From Botryllus schlosseri (lineage: Eukaryota): DNA of 64,000 nt. Below the pieces are notes generated by a model that saw only the letters and a list, made by a program, of their open reading frames with translations, ran no database searches and was not told the origin of the DNA. Positions 24,341 to 33,460 of the stretch are shown here, piece after piece (the first letter of the stretch is position 1; each line of letters begins with the position of its first letter). The stretch is from assembly GCA_051294905.1 (NCBI GenBank), contig CM119371.1, positions 40,798,001 to 40,862,000 on the forward strand. Reading direction: 5' to 3'. The translations under genes were made by a program, and so were the position numbers.

Positions 24341-27300
24341 ATGAGTCGACGCAGACAAAATCGTGTTCGCGAAGAAACGAATGATGCACCAGAGATCGGT
24401 GACGAACGCCAAGAAGTTGTAAATCAGAATTGGCAAGCGATAAAATCGTATGTAGTGAATCAGAGTCGGCGCGTGTATAATATTCGAGTCATCGATCGTG
24501 AGCTAGCGGATGTTTTCCGCGATATACAAGCAATATTTTTCTCAGAGTCGACTCGTTTCAAAATCAATTTCGCGTATGCATTTATTTTGTACCACGTCGA
24601 GACTCTAAGATTTCGCTATTTTCATGCATCGGCGAATGTTGATAGTGTATTAGAAACACCAGCGGCAATTTCAACACTAGCTAAATTCGATGAATTTGTT
24701 GAATCTATTCGCTTGGAAACCGCACTAGATGTGTTACAAAACTCTCGACCAAACACAAAGTCACTGCCGATCTGTGTGACTAATGTACAGTTTTATGTAT
24801 ATCCTACCGACGGCATGTTGATTGGGTGCGTTGGTATTAAAATACCTCCGGGTCTGACACAATCGAGATGTATCTCGACATTTACACGTCGAAAAAATAA
24901 GAAACTGTACAATGACAATCTTTGTGCTTTTCGCTGTATCGCCCACTCGCTAGGAAAAGATACAAAGGAAATGGCTCAACAGTTCACTTCGGTGTATGGT
25001 GTAAATGTAGAATCTGGTGTGACTCTCGACATGCTGGATGATATCGAGGTCTTGTTTAATGTGGCCATATTCGTGTACACCAAAACTGAAGGTAAAGCTA
25101 GTGCACTCCGGCGTAGTACCTATGAAGCGAAAGCTGTTTACCTACATTTGGAAGATCGACATTTTTGTCTCATTACTAACATGAACCGTTATGTGGAGAC
25201 CTATAGATGTGTTGTTTGTCAACGATTGTTTGATGAACAATATGATTTGACCAGACACAAATGTGTAACGGGTTCTGTTGAAGTGTTTCGCGGTGGCGTG
25301 TATACACCTCCTCTGAACATATTTGAAAAACTTGATCTAGAAGGGGTGTTTGTTCCTCATCAGCTTCGTTATTTCAAATACCGTATCGCGTTCAGTATAG
25401 AGAGTGTGTATGATACCTCAAAAACTTTGCGAGAGCACCAGAACATCCCCATCTCTGTTAGCATATCGTCTAATGTGGAAGGTTACTTGGAGTCGCATGT
25501 AATTGTCTCGAGTGGTGATACAAACGATTTATGCGCACAAATGATTGACCATTTTCACGATATTCAAAGTGAATCATTCAGACTGTCACTCACAGAATAT
25601 CGACCCTACCTGGACATGCTCGAAACTAAAATTACCGAAATGAAAGTGCTCGATCCTTCAAAACACCCAATACCCCTTGAACGTTTACAAGCGGAGTTTA
25701 TGAGTTATTTACGTCAAATCCCTGTTTTGTCGTTCAATGGTGACCGGTATGACTTGAACTGGCTCAAAGCGTACTTGTTTGGTTTTCTCGTTGACGACAA
25801 TCTTAGTGTACTGAAATGTGATAACAAATTTCTCTCAATGACGACCAACAGACTCAAATTCTTGGATATTGTGAATTACTTGGCACCCGGGTTCTCGTAT
25901 GATTCATATTTGGAAGCCTTCAAATGTAGCACCGCTAAAGCTCACTTCCCGTACCAGTTTCTGAGTAGTTTGGAAAAGTTGAATAACTCGAGTCTTCCTA
26001 CCCACGACGAGTTTTACAGCTCGCTAAAGGGTTGCAATATATCAACATCAGAATATGAAAACTGTTTGAAGGTTTGGAACGACAACAAAATGACCTCTCT
26101 GCGTGATTATCTCAAATGGTGCAACGCGAACGATACTCACGACCTCATAGAGGTTTTAGAAAAACAATTCCAATCTTTCAAAAGCCAATTCAATGTTGAT
26201 ATATTCAAGGATGCGGTCTGCCTGCTCGGGGTTGTATCGAGACATCTTTTTAATAGCATACCGCGTGATTTCACAATGTTCAACGACAAACATAAAGATC
26301 TGTTTTCGCTATTCAGGGATAATTTAGTGGGTGGACCATCGATCATTTTCCATCGATACCCAAAACCGGGTGTAACTCGAATCAAAGAACATGTCTATAA
26401 GGAAAATACACAGATTGTGCAACATATAACAAGTTTGACCAGCGACTCACTCTATCTGTATGCTTTGAGTCGACCAAGTCCAACCGGATTTGCGGTACGT
26501 TGGCAACCAATCGACGCCGAGTGTACTAAATTCAAACCTGTCAAGACCGCACCGAAATGCTCAGAGACTGTAACCCAGTGGATGAATTGGTATTCTCATG
26601 TTCACAAGGTGCATGTTCACCACGCTTTTAACGGACCTGAAATTCATGTGGGCATGCGCAATTATCGACCTGATGGGTTTTATCGTAATTCGGCCGGACA
26701 AGGGATAATCTTATTGTTCCTTAGATGCGATTTTCACGCCCACGATTGTAGATTCGGATGTGATGACCCAGTCCGTCGAGAGCGAGCTAAACGTGTTCAT
26801 GATTATTACAAAAGTCTAAATTATCGAGTTGTATGTAAATGGGAATGTGAGTGGAATATTGAGAAGAGAATTCCTCATATTGTGCGATATCTCGATGGTA
26901 TTCAACCACAACTGACTCGTGCCAAGTCTGTCACCCCACAGAAATTGATGGAGATGGTGATGAATGGTACTTTCTTTGGTTGTTTGCTGGTTGATATTTG
27001 TACTCGATCACAGTCGAAAAAGCGATTCGTTGAACTCCGCCCGATATTCAAAAATACCACAGTGTCTCGCGATACCGTGAAAAGTGACATGAATCAGCTC
27101 GCTGTAGATCGGAAATCACCCAGTAAACCCACTGACATGTTGGTTGCGTCGTACTGCGGTAAGAAAATCTTGCTAACCTCCGACTTGATCAAATGGTATG
27201 TAGATCACGGGTTGGTGGTATCAAAAATTCATGAGGCTGTCGAATTCACCAAAAAGACCTGTTTTGACAACTTTGCGAAAAATGTCTCAGACTGTCGACG

Positions 27301-27925
27301 TGCTGGCGATCCTAACATGGCGATTATTGAGCTAGCGCAAAAACTCGCTGCGAATTCTTGTTATGATCGTGAGTTAATGAATCCGCGTAAACTCAAACAA
27401 ACCACGTTCTGTGATAAAAGTGAATTGGACGCAAATGTGGAGGATCGCTTTTTCATCAAGTGCGAAGAAATAAACACAGATCTATTTGAAATAACGAAGC
27501 ACCCTCAAAAGATCGAGCAAGATAACTGCATTCAAGTATCGTTCTGGTTGTATAATAATGTCAAATTACGGATGTTGTCGTTTTTTTATGACTGTTTATG
27601 CAAATATTTTCGTGCCGACAGCTTCATGCTACTTTCGGTGGATATCAACTCGTTTTTCATCGCGCATTCAGCCCCACTCGATGACATTCTCATTTCCGAG
27701 AAAAGGAACGAATTTTACTGTGATTACGAGAATTGGTTTCCACGTTATTTTTGCGATGAGCATCGAGACGAATTCTTGACTGATCCGATTTCTTTCGACC
27801 GCTCGAGACAATGCTGTAAAGATACGTATGCTCATTATCTTCATCAACCTGGTTTGATGGAAGTGAGATACGACGCCGATGCATCTTTCCACGGTCTCAA
27901 TCGCTTTCGCAGTGACCAAAGATAA
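24341..27925 (+). CDS. Protein-primed family B DNA polymerase (pPolB) homologue, catalytic motifs substituted
   Basis: ATG at 24341 follows TTTTACAG. Polinton pPolB hallmarks: DNLCAFRC, zinc-finger-like CxxC...H, FNGDRYDL, LKFLDIVNYLAPGFSY, FPY, LVGGPSIIFHRY, KLAANSCY, KLRMLSFFYD, PGL. Confidence 0.93.
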   Translation: MSRRRQNRVREETNDAPEIGDERQEVVNQNWQAIKSYVVNQSRRVYNIRVIDRELADVFRDIQAIFFSESTRFKINFAYAFILYHVETLRFRYFHASANVDSVLETPAAISTLAKFDEFVESIRLETALDVLQNSRPNTKSLPICVTNVQFYVYPTDGMLIGCVGIKIPPGLTQSRCISTFTRRKNKKLYNDNLCAFRCIAHSLGKDTKEMAQQFTSVYGVNVESGVTLDMLDDIEVLFNVAIFVYTKTEGKASALRRSTYEAKAVYLHLEDRHFCLITNMNRYVETYRCVVCQRLFDEQYDLTRHKCVTGSVEVFRGGVYTPPLNIFEKLDLEGVFVPHQLRYFKYRIAFSIESVYDTSKTLREHQNIPISVSISSNVEGYLESHVIVSSGDTNDLCAQMIDHFHDIQSESFRLSLTEYRPYLDMLETKITEMKVLDPSKHPIPLERLQAEFMSYLRQIPVLSFNGDRYDLNWLKAYLFGFLVDDNLSVLKCDNKFLSMTTNRLKFLDIVNYLAPGFSYDSYLEAFKCSTAKAHFPYQFLSSLEKLNNSSLPTHDEFYSSLKGCNISTSEYENCLKVWNDNKMTSLRDYLKWCNANDTHDLIEVLEKQFQSFKSQFNVDIFKDAVCLLGVVSRHLFNSIPRDFTMFNDKHKDLFSLFRDNLVGGPSIIFHRYPKPGVTRIKEHVYKENTQIVQHITSLTSDSLYLYALSRPSPTGFAVRWQPIDAECTKFKPVKTAPKCSETVTQWMNWYSHVHKVHVHHAFNGPEIHVGMRNYRPDGFYRNSAGQGIILLFLRCDFHAHDCRFGCDDPVRRERAKRVHDYYKSLNYRVVCKWECEWNIEKRIPHIVRYLDGIQPQLTRAKSVTPQKLMEMVMNGTFFGCLLVDICTRSQSKKRFVELRPIFKNTTVSRDTVKSDMNQLAVDRKSPSKPTDMLVASYCGKKILLTSDLIKWYVDHGLVVSKIHEAVEFTKKTCFDNFAKNVSDCRRAGDPNMAIIELAQKLAANSCYDRELMNPRKLKQTTFCDKSELDANVEDRFFIKCEEINTDLFEITKHPQKIEQDNCIQVSFWLYNNVKLRMLSFFYDCLCKYFRADSFMLLSVDINSFFIAHSAPLDDILISEKRNEFYCDYENWFPRYFCDEHRDEFLTDPISFDRSRQCCKDTYAHYLHQPGLMEVRYDADASFHGLNRFRSDQR

Positions 27926-28549
27926 AATTAATCACGGCATTGAATGTTATTGTAGTGAATATTTTGTGTGTGGTGTTATTGTATTTTATTTGTATATTTT
28001 GCTTGTTTGGTGTGATTTATTTGTATTGTGTGTTCATGTATCATTTGTTTTCCAGATGGATAACACTATTACCTATCTAAAGTCTGTCATGTCGTTAGAT
28101 TTTAATGGTTTACATGTAGAGATGACTGCCTTGGAGCGGGAATTACCACATTTCATGATTCTTGGTTCTACCAAACAACTCTCAACGTCGATGATACCCG
28201 ATTGATGAAAAGCAGACCACCAAAACTTGTGATCCGTGGTAAGGTCTATAGTTTGGTATAGTAACACTTTTAGATTTTAAAGCGCTATGAACGTATTACG
28301 AATCCTCTTATGTGATTTATTATTTTACAGATTGGGGTCAGCTGCTTGACGACCTGAAGCGCTCGTAACACTGCAACTTCCACTGACGATGAGGAACAGA
28401 TGAAGATTTCATAACCCGCGGAAAATTGTTAAATCGAACTCTACTGGGATTATATATTCCACTAGAACAAGATGACTACAACAGTGGATATTCCCAACCT
28501 TGTTGATATATAAACACATACACTTTATCGAGTTTTCAATAAACAACAA

Positions 28550-29161
28550 ATGATGGAATTGATCCACCCATTCGCGTGTATTGTGAGTGGTCCTTCAAGA
28601 AGTGGGAAGACTACTTTTGTTGCAAAGCTGATTAGACATGCGACATCCATGATTAAACCTAGTGTGTCCAGGGTCGTATATTGTTACAATAATTATCAGG
28701 AGGTTTTCAAGACGATGCATAACGTAGAATTCCACGCTGGTCTAGATATTTTAGAAGAGTTGAAGGCTTGCTCTGAAGACACCTTGATTATAGTGGATGA
28801 TTTCATGACTGAGACAGCGAAAATTGCAGACTACTTTACAAGATTTTCACATCATTCGGCCAAGTCAATTTGCTATAGCACGCAGAACCTGTACCACAAG
28901 GGTAAAGGGGCACGTGACTTGAGTCTTTCAAGCTCGTATATGGTGATTTTCAAGAATCCGCGCGACCAACAACAGATCAGTTTTCTTGGTCGACAAATGT
29001 ACCCAAACTCTAGATTTTTAACAGAGGCTTATCGTGACGCTGCTAGACAACCTCATAGTTATTTATTCCTTGATCTCACGCAAGAAGCACCTGAAAATCG
29101 ACGAGTTATGACCAATATATTTCCTGGTGAAACCATGGTGGTTTATAGCCCGATGGTATAA
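28550..29161 (+). CDS. A32/FtsK-like DNA packaging ATPase
   Basis: HPF...GPSRSGKTT Walker A, LIIVDD Walker B, HH, TQNLY, FKNPRD, PHSYLFLDL. TATATAAA at 28507. Confidence 0.93.
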   Translation: MMELIHPFACIVSGPSRSGKTTFVAKLIRHATSMIKPSVSRVVYCYNNYQEVFKTMHNVEFHAGLDILEELKACSEDTLIIVDDFMTETAKIADYFTRFSHHSAKSICYSTQNLYHKGKGARDLSLSSSYMVIFKNPRDQQQISFLGRQMYPNSRFLTEAYRDAARQPHSYLFLDLTQEAPENRRVMTNIFPGETMVVYSPMV

Positions 29162-29194
29162 ATAGCCAAGCGCAGAGACGACTTTAAACTCAAA

Positions 29195-29542
29195 ATGACC
29201 AAGGTACCAGCTCGGACACGGCGGCATATTCCCACACTGGAGTTCCTACATAAAAGTAAACCCGAGATACGCAAGCAAATTATATCGGGAGCCAGCAAAG
29301 AATTGATCGAGTGTATATGCGATTGTACAAAGAACATTTTAAATGGTAACATCCCTCTTTCAAAGTATAAAAGAAAGCGACTATCAGCTCATAAATGTAG
29401 TTTACGTCGACTTGTCAGGAAAGACATCCCTATTCGACATAAGAAACGTATGGTTAACCAGCATGGGGGTATGTTTATGACTCTATTATCAAGCATCCTA
29501 CCCGTCGTCACTGGTTTACTCGGTAATCTTTTCAAAAAATGA
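29195..29542 (+). CDS. Conserved small basic Polinton virion protein with QxGG motif and C-terminal amphipathic helix
   Basis: ICDCTKNILNGNIPL...KKRMVNQHGG-MFMTLLSSILPVVTGLL; position after the ATPase is typical. Confidence 0.8.
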   Translation: MTKVPARTRRHIPTLEFLHKSKPEIRKQIISGASKELIECICDCTKNILNGNIPLSKYKRKRLSAHKCSLRRLVRKDIPIRHKKRMVNQHGGMFMTLLSSILPVVTGLLGNLFKK

Positions 29543-29934
29543 CTTCTTTTAAAAAAATCTTCATAAATCCGAGCCCGATCAACGGAGCTGACGTTCAGAA
29601 ATTGAATTTGGATATCGACAAATGTATGAGCGACATATTACAGATGAACATACCCCAAGAACGAAAATTAGCCTTATATAACGACGCACTAAATCGTTAT
29701 CAAACAAAACACGACACACTGAATCAACCGATGAAAATCGATATATCAGAACAAAGGAATCTATTTTCGGCAAGTGAGTTGGACGCACTGCGACGCCTGA
29801 TCAAGGGTGAACCATCAAGGATTCCTATACCATCGCCGAGTAGCCAACGAAGCAAAGTAAAGACTCAGCATGCCAAGACGAAAAGCGGTCGTACACCCAA
29901 GACCCCGAGACGATACGGATGGGAGCCATACTAA
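29539..29934 (+). CDS. 131-aa Polinton protein upstream of the integrase
   Basis: LDIDKCMSDIL...ERKLALYNDALNRY and terminal WEPY; ATGA overlap with the upstream ORF. Confidence 0.75.
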   Translation: MTSFKKIFINPSPINGADVQKLNLDIDKCMSDILQMNIPQERKLALYNDALNRYQTKHDTLNQPMKIDISEQRNLFSASELDALRRLIKGEPSRIPIPSPSSQRSKVKTQHAKTKSGRTPKTPRRYGWEPY

Positions 29935-30940
29935 GTATTTCACGCCAGGGCTACCCGGTAGTTATCGCGGTGCATACGTATTCTCTAGAGGGCGGAATAG
30001 AGCCAAAGTCAAGGAGTTTCTTTCGAGCAAGGACGCGTACACAAAACATTTTCCCTATCGAAAGAAATTTAAGAGACCTAGAGTGATTACGTCCGGTCTC
30101 GGTGTTCAGTATCAAACCGATCTCATGCATATGCAAAATCTTTCAGAAGAAAACGATAATTTTAAATATGTGTTGGTGACGATCGATTGTTTCAGCCGAT
30201 TTTTATATCTGTATCCACTCAAAAACAAAACCTCGCAAGGTATTATTCGTGGATTCAAGGAAATATTTAAGGATCGTATACCTCATGTTATTCAAAGTGA
30301 TCAAGGTTCTGAGTTTACTAATCGTGCGTTTCAGACTTTCTTAAAAGAGAACAATGTGCGACATTTTCATACAAATAGTGAACTGAAAGCATCGATATGC
30401 GAGCGTGTTATTCGTACTGTGAAGCAAGTGTTATACCGGTATTTCACGCATAATAAGACTTTGAATTATGTCAGTGTCCTGTCTGAGATATGCCGGGGGT
30501 ATAACACTACTTTTCACGTTGCTATAGGGTGTCCTCCAGCGGATGTTGATTATTCAAATCAAGAACAAATTTTCCATAGGTTATACGGTGACATGACCCC
30601 TAAAAAACCCAAACTAACTATCGGCACACCGGTCAGGATTTCGAAATCACGTGGTAATTTTGTAAAAAGTGCCTTGGCGAGTTGGACCGAAGAAATCTTT
30701 TTCGTATCTCAATGTCGTAAAGGTGACCCTCCTACTTATCAATTGAAAGACTACCATGGTGAAGTTATAGACGGTCGCTTTCAGCGTGAAGAGTTACAAC
30801 CAATAACTAAAAATAATAATATTTACAATATCGAGAAAATCCTGTCTACTCGCAGGAAAGGAAAGAAAACGCAATATTTTGTAAAATGGTTGGGTTACCC
30901 ATCTACATTTAATTCCTGGGTCTCGGATTTGTATAAATAG
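29870..30940 (+). CDS. Retroviral-like (rve) DDE integrase with C-terminal chromodomain
   Basis: YQTDL, IDCFSR, QSDQGSEF and ICERVIRT give an intact D-D-E triad. IEKIL...YFVKWLGYPSTFNSWV is a chromodomain. Start uncertain. Confidence 0.95.
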   Translation: MPRRKAVVHPRPRDDTDGSHTKYFTPGLPGSYRGAYVFSRGRNRAKVKEFLSSKDAYTKHFPYRKKFKRPRVITSGLGVQYQTDLMHMQNLSEENDNFKYVLVTIDCFSRFLYLYPLKNKTSQGIIRGFKEIFKDRIPHVIQSDQGSEFTNRAFQTFLKENNVRHFHTNSELKASICERVIRTVKQVLYRYFTHNKTLNYVSVLSEICRGYNTTFHVAIGCPPADVDYSNQEQIFHRLYGDMTPKKPKLTIGTPVRISKSRGNFVKSALASWTEEIFFVSQCRKGDPPTYQLKDYHGEVIDGRFQREELQPITKNNNIYNIEKILSTRRKGKKTQYFVKWLGYPSTFNSWVSDLYK

Positions 30941-30949
30941 ACGCTGAAA

Positions 30950-31183
30950 ATGTTGTTCAACCAAACTATGGATTCTGATTCCGGCTCATCTCGCATGGGT
31001 CAAGTCTCGAACAGTCTGAAAAACCAGATTGTGTTTATTGTACAGATTTGTATGTTAGTGTGTGTAATCGTGTTTTCCTTATATCAAATTTCTGTCGGGG
31101 TGGATCGTGAGATATATTTAACGCTACTGTCTTCTTCACTTGGGTATTTATTACCGAATCCATCACCTCACCGTATATGTTGA
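30950..31183 (+). CDS. Small two-TM membrane protein
   Basis: Hydrophobic IVFIVQICMLVCVIVFSL and IYLTLLSSSLGYLLPNP, between integrase and penton as in many Polintons. Confidence 0.7.
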   Translation: MLFNQTMDSDSGSSRMGQVSNSLKNQIVFIVQICMLVCVIVFSLYQISVGVDREIYLTLLSSSLGYLLPNPSPHRIC

Positions 31184-31196
31184 AAGAAACAATAAA

Positions 31197-32027
31197 ATGT
31201 TGTTGACTTTACCTTCTAATGCGAGTTTGGATAAATTTCCGAATACTAGCACAGATTTTCAAACGGAACTTTACAAAGAATTAGAAATGAATCGCCATGA
31301 GCTAGGATTATGTGAGCTGACCTTCCCCCATGATTTCCAACCACGAATTGAAGTGACAGCGAAAAGTATCGGTTTTGGATTTGTCGATGCGAATGGATAC
31401 ACCGAACGGTATTATATTCCCGAAGGTTCGTATTACAGCATCGGTGAAATGTTAGAATCGTACGAGAAATATTACATGGGGGACATTTTCATTTTACAAG
31501 GATTCGGTGACTTTAGAATCACATTCAGAAGATTAGTCACGAGTAAAAAAAGACACAAGCGGGGTGTACCCATAAATACCGATACCGCAGACTCTAGCGT
31601 CAAACACATACCCCGTACCACGCATGATTCACCCGAGCCTTACGGACTGATACCGCTTGGTTCTGTGTTGGACACAATAACATTTAGACGCGTTGTATCT
31701 CGTCGCCGCGGAGTGGTAGAATTTATATTTACACCCGCGATAAAGTTGGAACGGATTGATAAGGTTTATGTGTATTGCGATCTGATACAACCAAGACCAC
31801 ATGGTAACAAGCTGCAACAACTTTTACGGGTGGTTACTGTAACCGCTAAACCGAATGAAAACCAAATCAACATATTCCCAAAACCATACTTCTTTGCTTT
31901 AGCGAGAAACAATTTTAGAACGATACGAATTTATCTACGTGATGCAGCTGGCAACCCTATTAAATTTCGAAAAGCACCAGTGACAGTAACCCTACGCTTC
32001 CGTCGTAGAGCTGTTGATTCAATATGA
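31197..32027 (+). CDS. Minor capsid protein (penton), paralogue 1
   Basis: LTLPSNAS..FPNT..F; VYVYCDLI...G...LLRVV; PYF; IRIYLRD..G.PI.F; VTLRFRR. Confidence 0.9.
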   Translation: MLLTLPSNASLDKFPNTSTDFQTELYKELEMNRHELGLCELTFPHDFQPRIEVTAKSIGFGFVDANGYTERYYIPEGSYYSIGEMLESYEKYYMGDIFILQGFGDFRITFRRLVTSKKRHKRGVPINTDTADSSVKHIPRTTHDSPEPYGLIPLGSVLDTITFRRVVSRRRGVVEFIFTPAIKLERIDKVYVYCDLIQPRPHGNKLQQLLRVVTVTAKPNENQINIFPKPYFFALARNNFRTIRIYLRDAAGNPIKFRKAPVTVTLRFRRRAVDSI

Positions 32028-32695
32028 GTTACATCACGTTGTCTGGCACCCAAGGTGAATTCTCGGTGGTGTTACCGAATGAAATTATTTGTAATGAGCT
32101 TGCGTTGATGGATATGAGTTTTGTCAGTGAATCTCTTGATCGAATTATAATCAATCGTGATCAAGCACTCTGGGAGCTACATAATGAGAAAGATCGAATA
32201 GTAGAAGCGTACCTAACACCACTTGGGAATTATGCAAACAACCTCGAGTTGACGCGAAGAATATTATCTGACAGTTTCAAACACTGTTTCACCGAAAGAA
32301 TCAACGATGAACTTTTCCGAATTCGTTACTCGAAACGTATCACACTCCACCCCACGGATATATTCACGAATTATTTCAGTGTAGTTGATCAAGTGTCGAC
32401 ACCAGTATGTAATGTCACGTCGATCAAACCTAAACCAACTCAACCCCACCTCAGATATCTTTTTGTGTATATCAATGTACTACGACATCATCCGGTGGGT
32501 GATTACATGAGTCAATTGCTTCGTGTGATCCAAGTAAATAACGAGACGTGTATGAGACAAGAAGTTGTATATGAAAAACCGTTTTATTTCCCAGTATCGA
32601 TTAACCACATCCGCGATATAAAAATCACCATCCGGGATCAATACGGTCAGTTAGTACATGATATAGAGACCACATTGACACTCCACGCACGATGA
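32024..32695 (+). CDS. Minor capsid protein (penton), paralogue 2
   Basis: LFVYINVL..HPVGD....LLRVI; PFYFPV; IKITIRDQYG; TLTLH. Confidence 0.85.
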   Translation: MSYITLSGTQGEFSVVLPNEIICNELALMDMSFVSESLDRIIINRDQALWELHNEKDRIVEAYLTPLGNYANNLELTRRILSDSFKHCFTERINDELFRIRYSKRITLHPTDIFTNYFSVVDQVSTPVCNVTSIKPKPTQPHLRYLFVYINVLRHHPVGDYMSQLLRVIQVNNETCMRQEVVYEKPFYFPVSINHIRDIKITIRDQYGQLVHDIETTLTLHAR

Positions 32696-33087
32696 AAATA
32701 GTGACGTTAACCACCTCTATGCTTGGTGTTGATTTTGAACACAGACTACTCACCATCAACAACATCCCGACAAGATATTGTGAATTAGCCCTCATGGAGA
32801 TCGATTTCACTTTAACCGAACCGGCGATTGGTCAATATTTGTTTGTGTATTGCGATATTATTCACCCTCACTTACTTGGAGATGTGTTAGCGCGTTTATT
32901 ACGAGTTATACCGCTGACACCTGGTGATGTCACGCATAATTGGGTAGCGACAAATCCGTATTATTTCCCTGTTTCAAAAGATGTTGTAGATTCTGTATGT
33001 CTTTACCTCAGGGATGAGTTTGGGGAACCTATAAATATAATAAGTCGTTCATTGCAAGCTACATTTAACATTAGGAAGCGATTATGA
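32692..33087 (+). CDS. Minor capsid protein (penton), paralogue 3, minimal 131 aa
   Basis: ELALMEIDF directly followed by YLFVYCDII.PHLLGD..ARLLRVI; NPYYFPV; LYLRDEFGEPI. Confidence 0.85.
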   Translation: MKIVTLTTSMLGVDFEHRLLTINNIPTRYCELALMEIDFTLTEPAIGQYLFVYCDIIHPHLLGDVLARLLRVIPLTPGDVTHNWVATNPYYFPVSKDVVDSVCLYLRDEFGEPINIISRSLQATFNIRKRL

Positions 33088-33455
33088 AAGTTGTTTTCAC
33101 GTGTGATCATCATTCTGTCCATCGTCATTATAACCAGACAGGTGATGGTTATGGATATTTTAGCGGTGGAGTTCAAGCCGGTTCCGGTATTGGGAGTTTG
33201 TTTAAATCACTCGGTCGTTTAGTGACACCTATTGCGAAATACGCCGGCGGTCAATTGTTACGGACTGGAGGTGAAATAGCGAGAGATCTATTACGGGGTA
33301 ACTCGATCAAGTCTAGTGTTGTCAAGAGAAGTAAACAAGCTGGCGGTCGAGTGATTGATAAAATTTTAACCCCAAAAGCTATAAAAAGGAAAAAAACAAA
33401 GTCAAAGAACACTTCATCCAAACGTCGTCGTAAACAACAGGATATATTCGACTAA
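33084..33455 (+). CDS. Gly-rich/basic Polinton core (membrane-lytic-type) protein
   Basis: YNQTGDG...F.GG.QAGSGIGSLFKSLGRLVTP, basic tail, DIF terminus; immediately upstream of the MCP. Confidence 0.8.
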   Translation: MKVVFTCDHHSVHRHYNQTGDGYGYFSGGVQAGSGIGSLFKSLGRLVTPIAKYAGGQLLRTGGEIARDLLRGNSIKSSVVKRSKQAGGRVIDKILTPKAIKRKKTKSKNTSSKRRRKQQDIFD

Positions 33456-33460
33456 GAACT

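Noticed and set aside
27879..28205. 108-aa ORF after pPolB as the missing polymerase C-terminus
   Set aside because: No KxY or thumb-like motif; the 5' half is a TG-rich intron-like tract. Only MDNT...IPD after the acceptor might be an exon.
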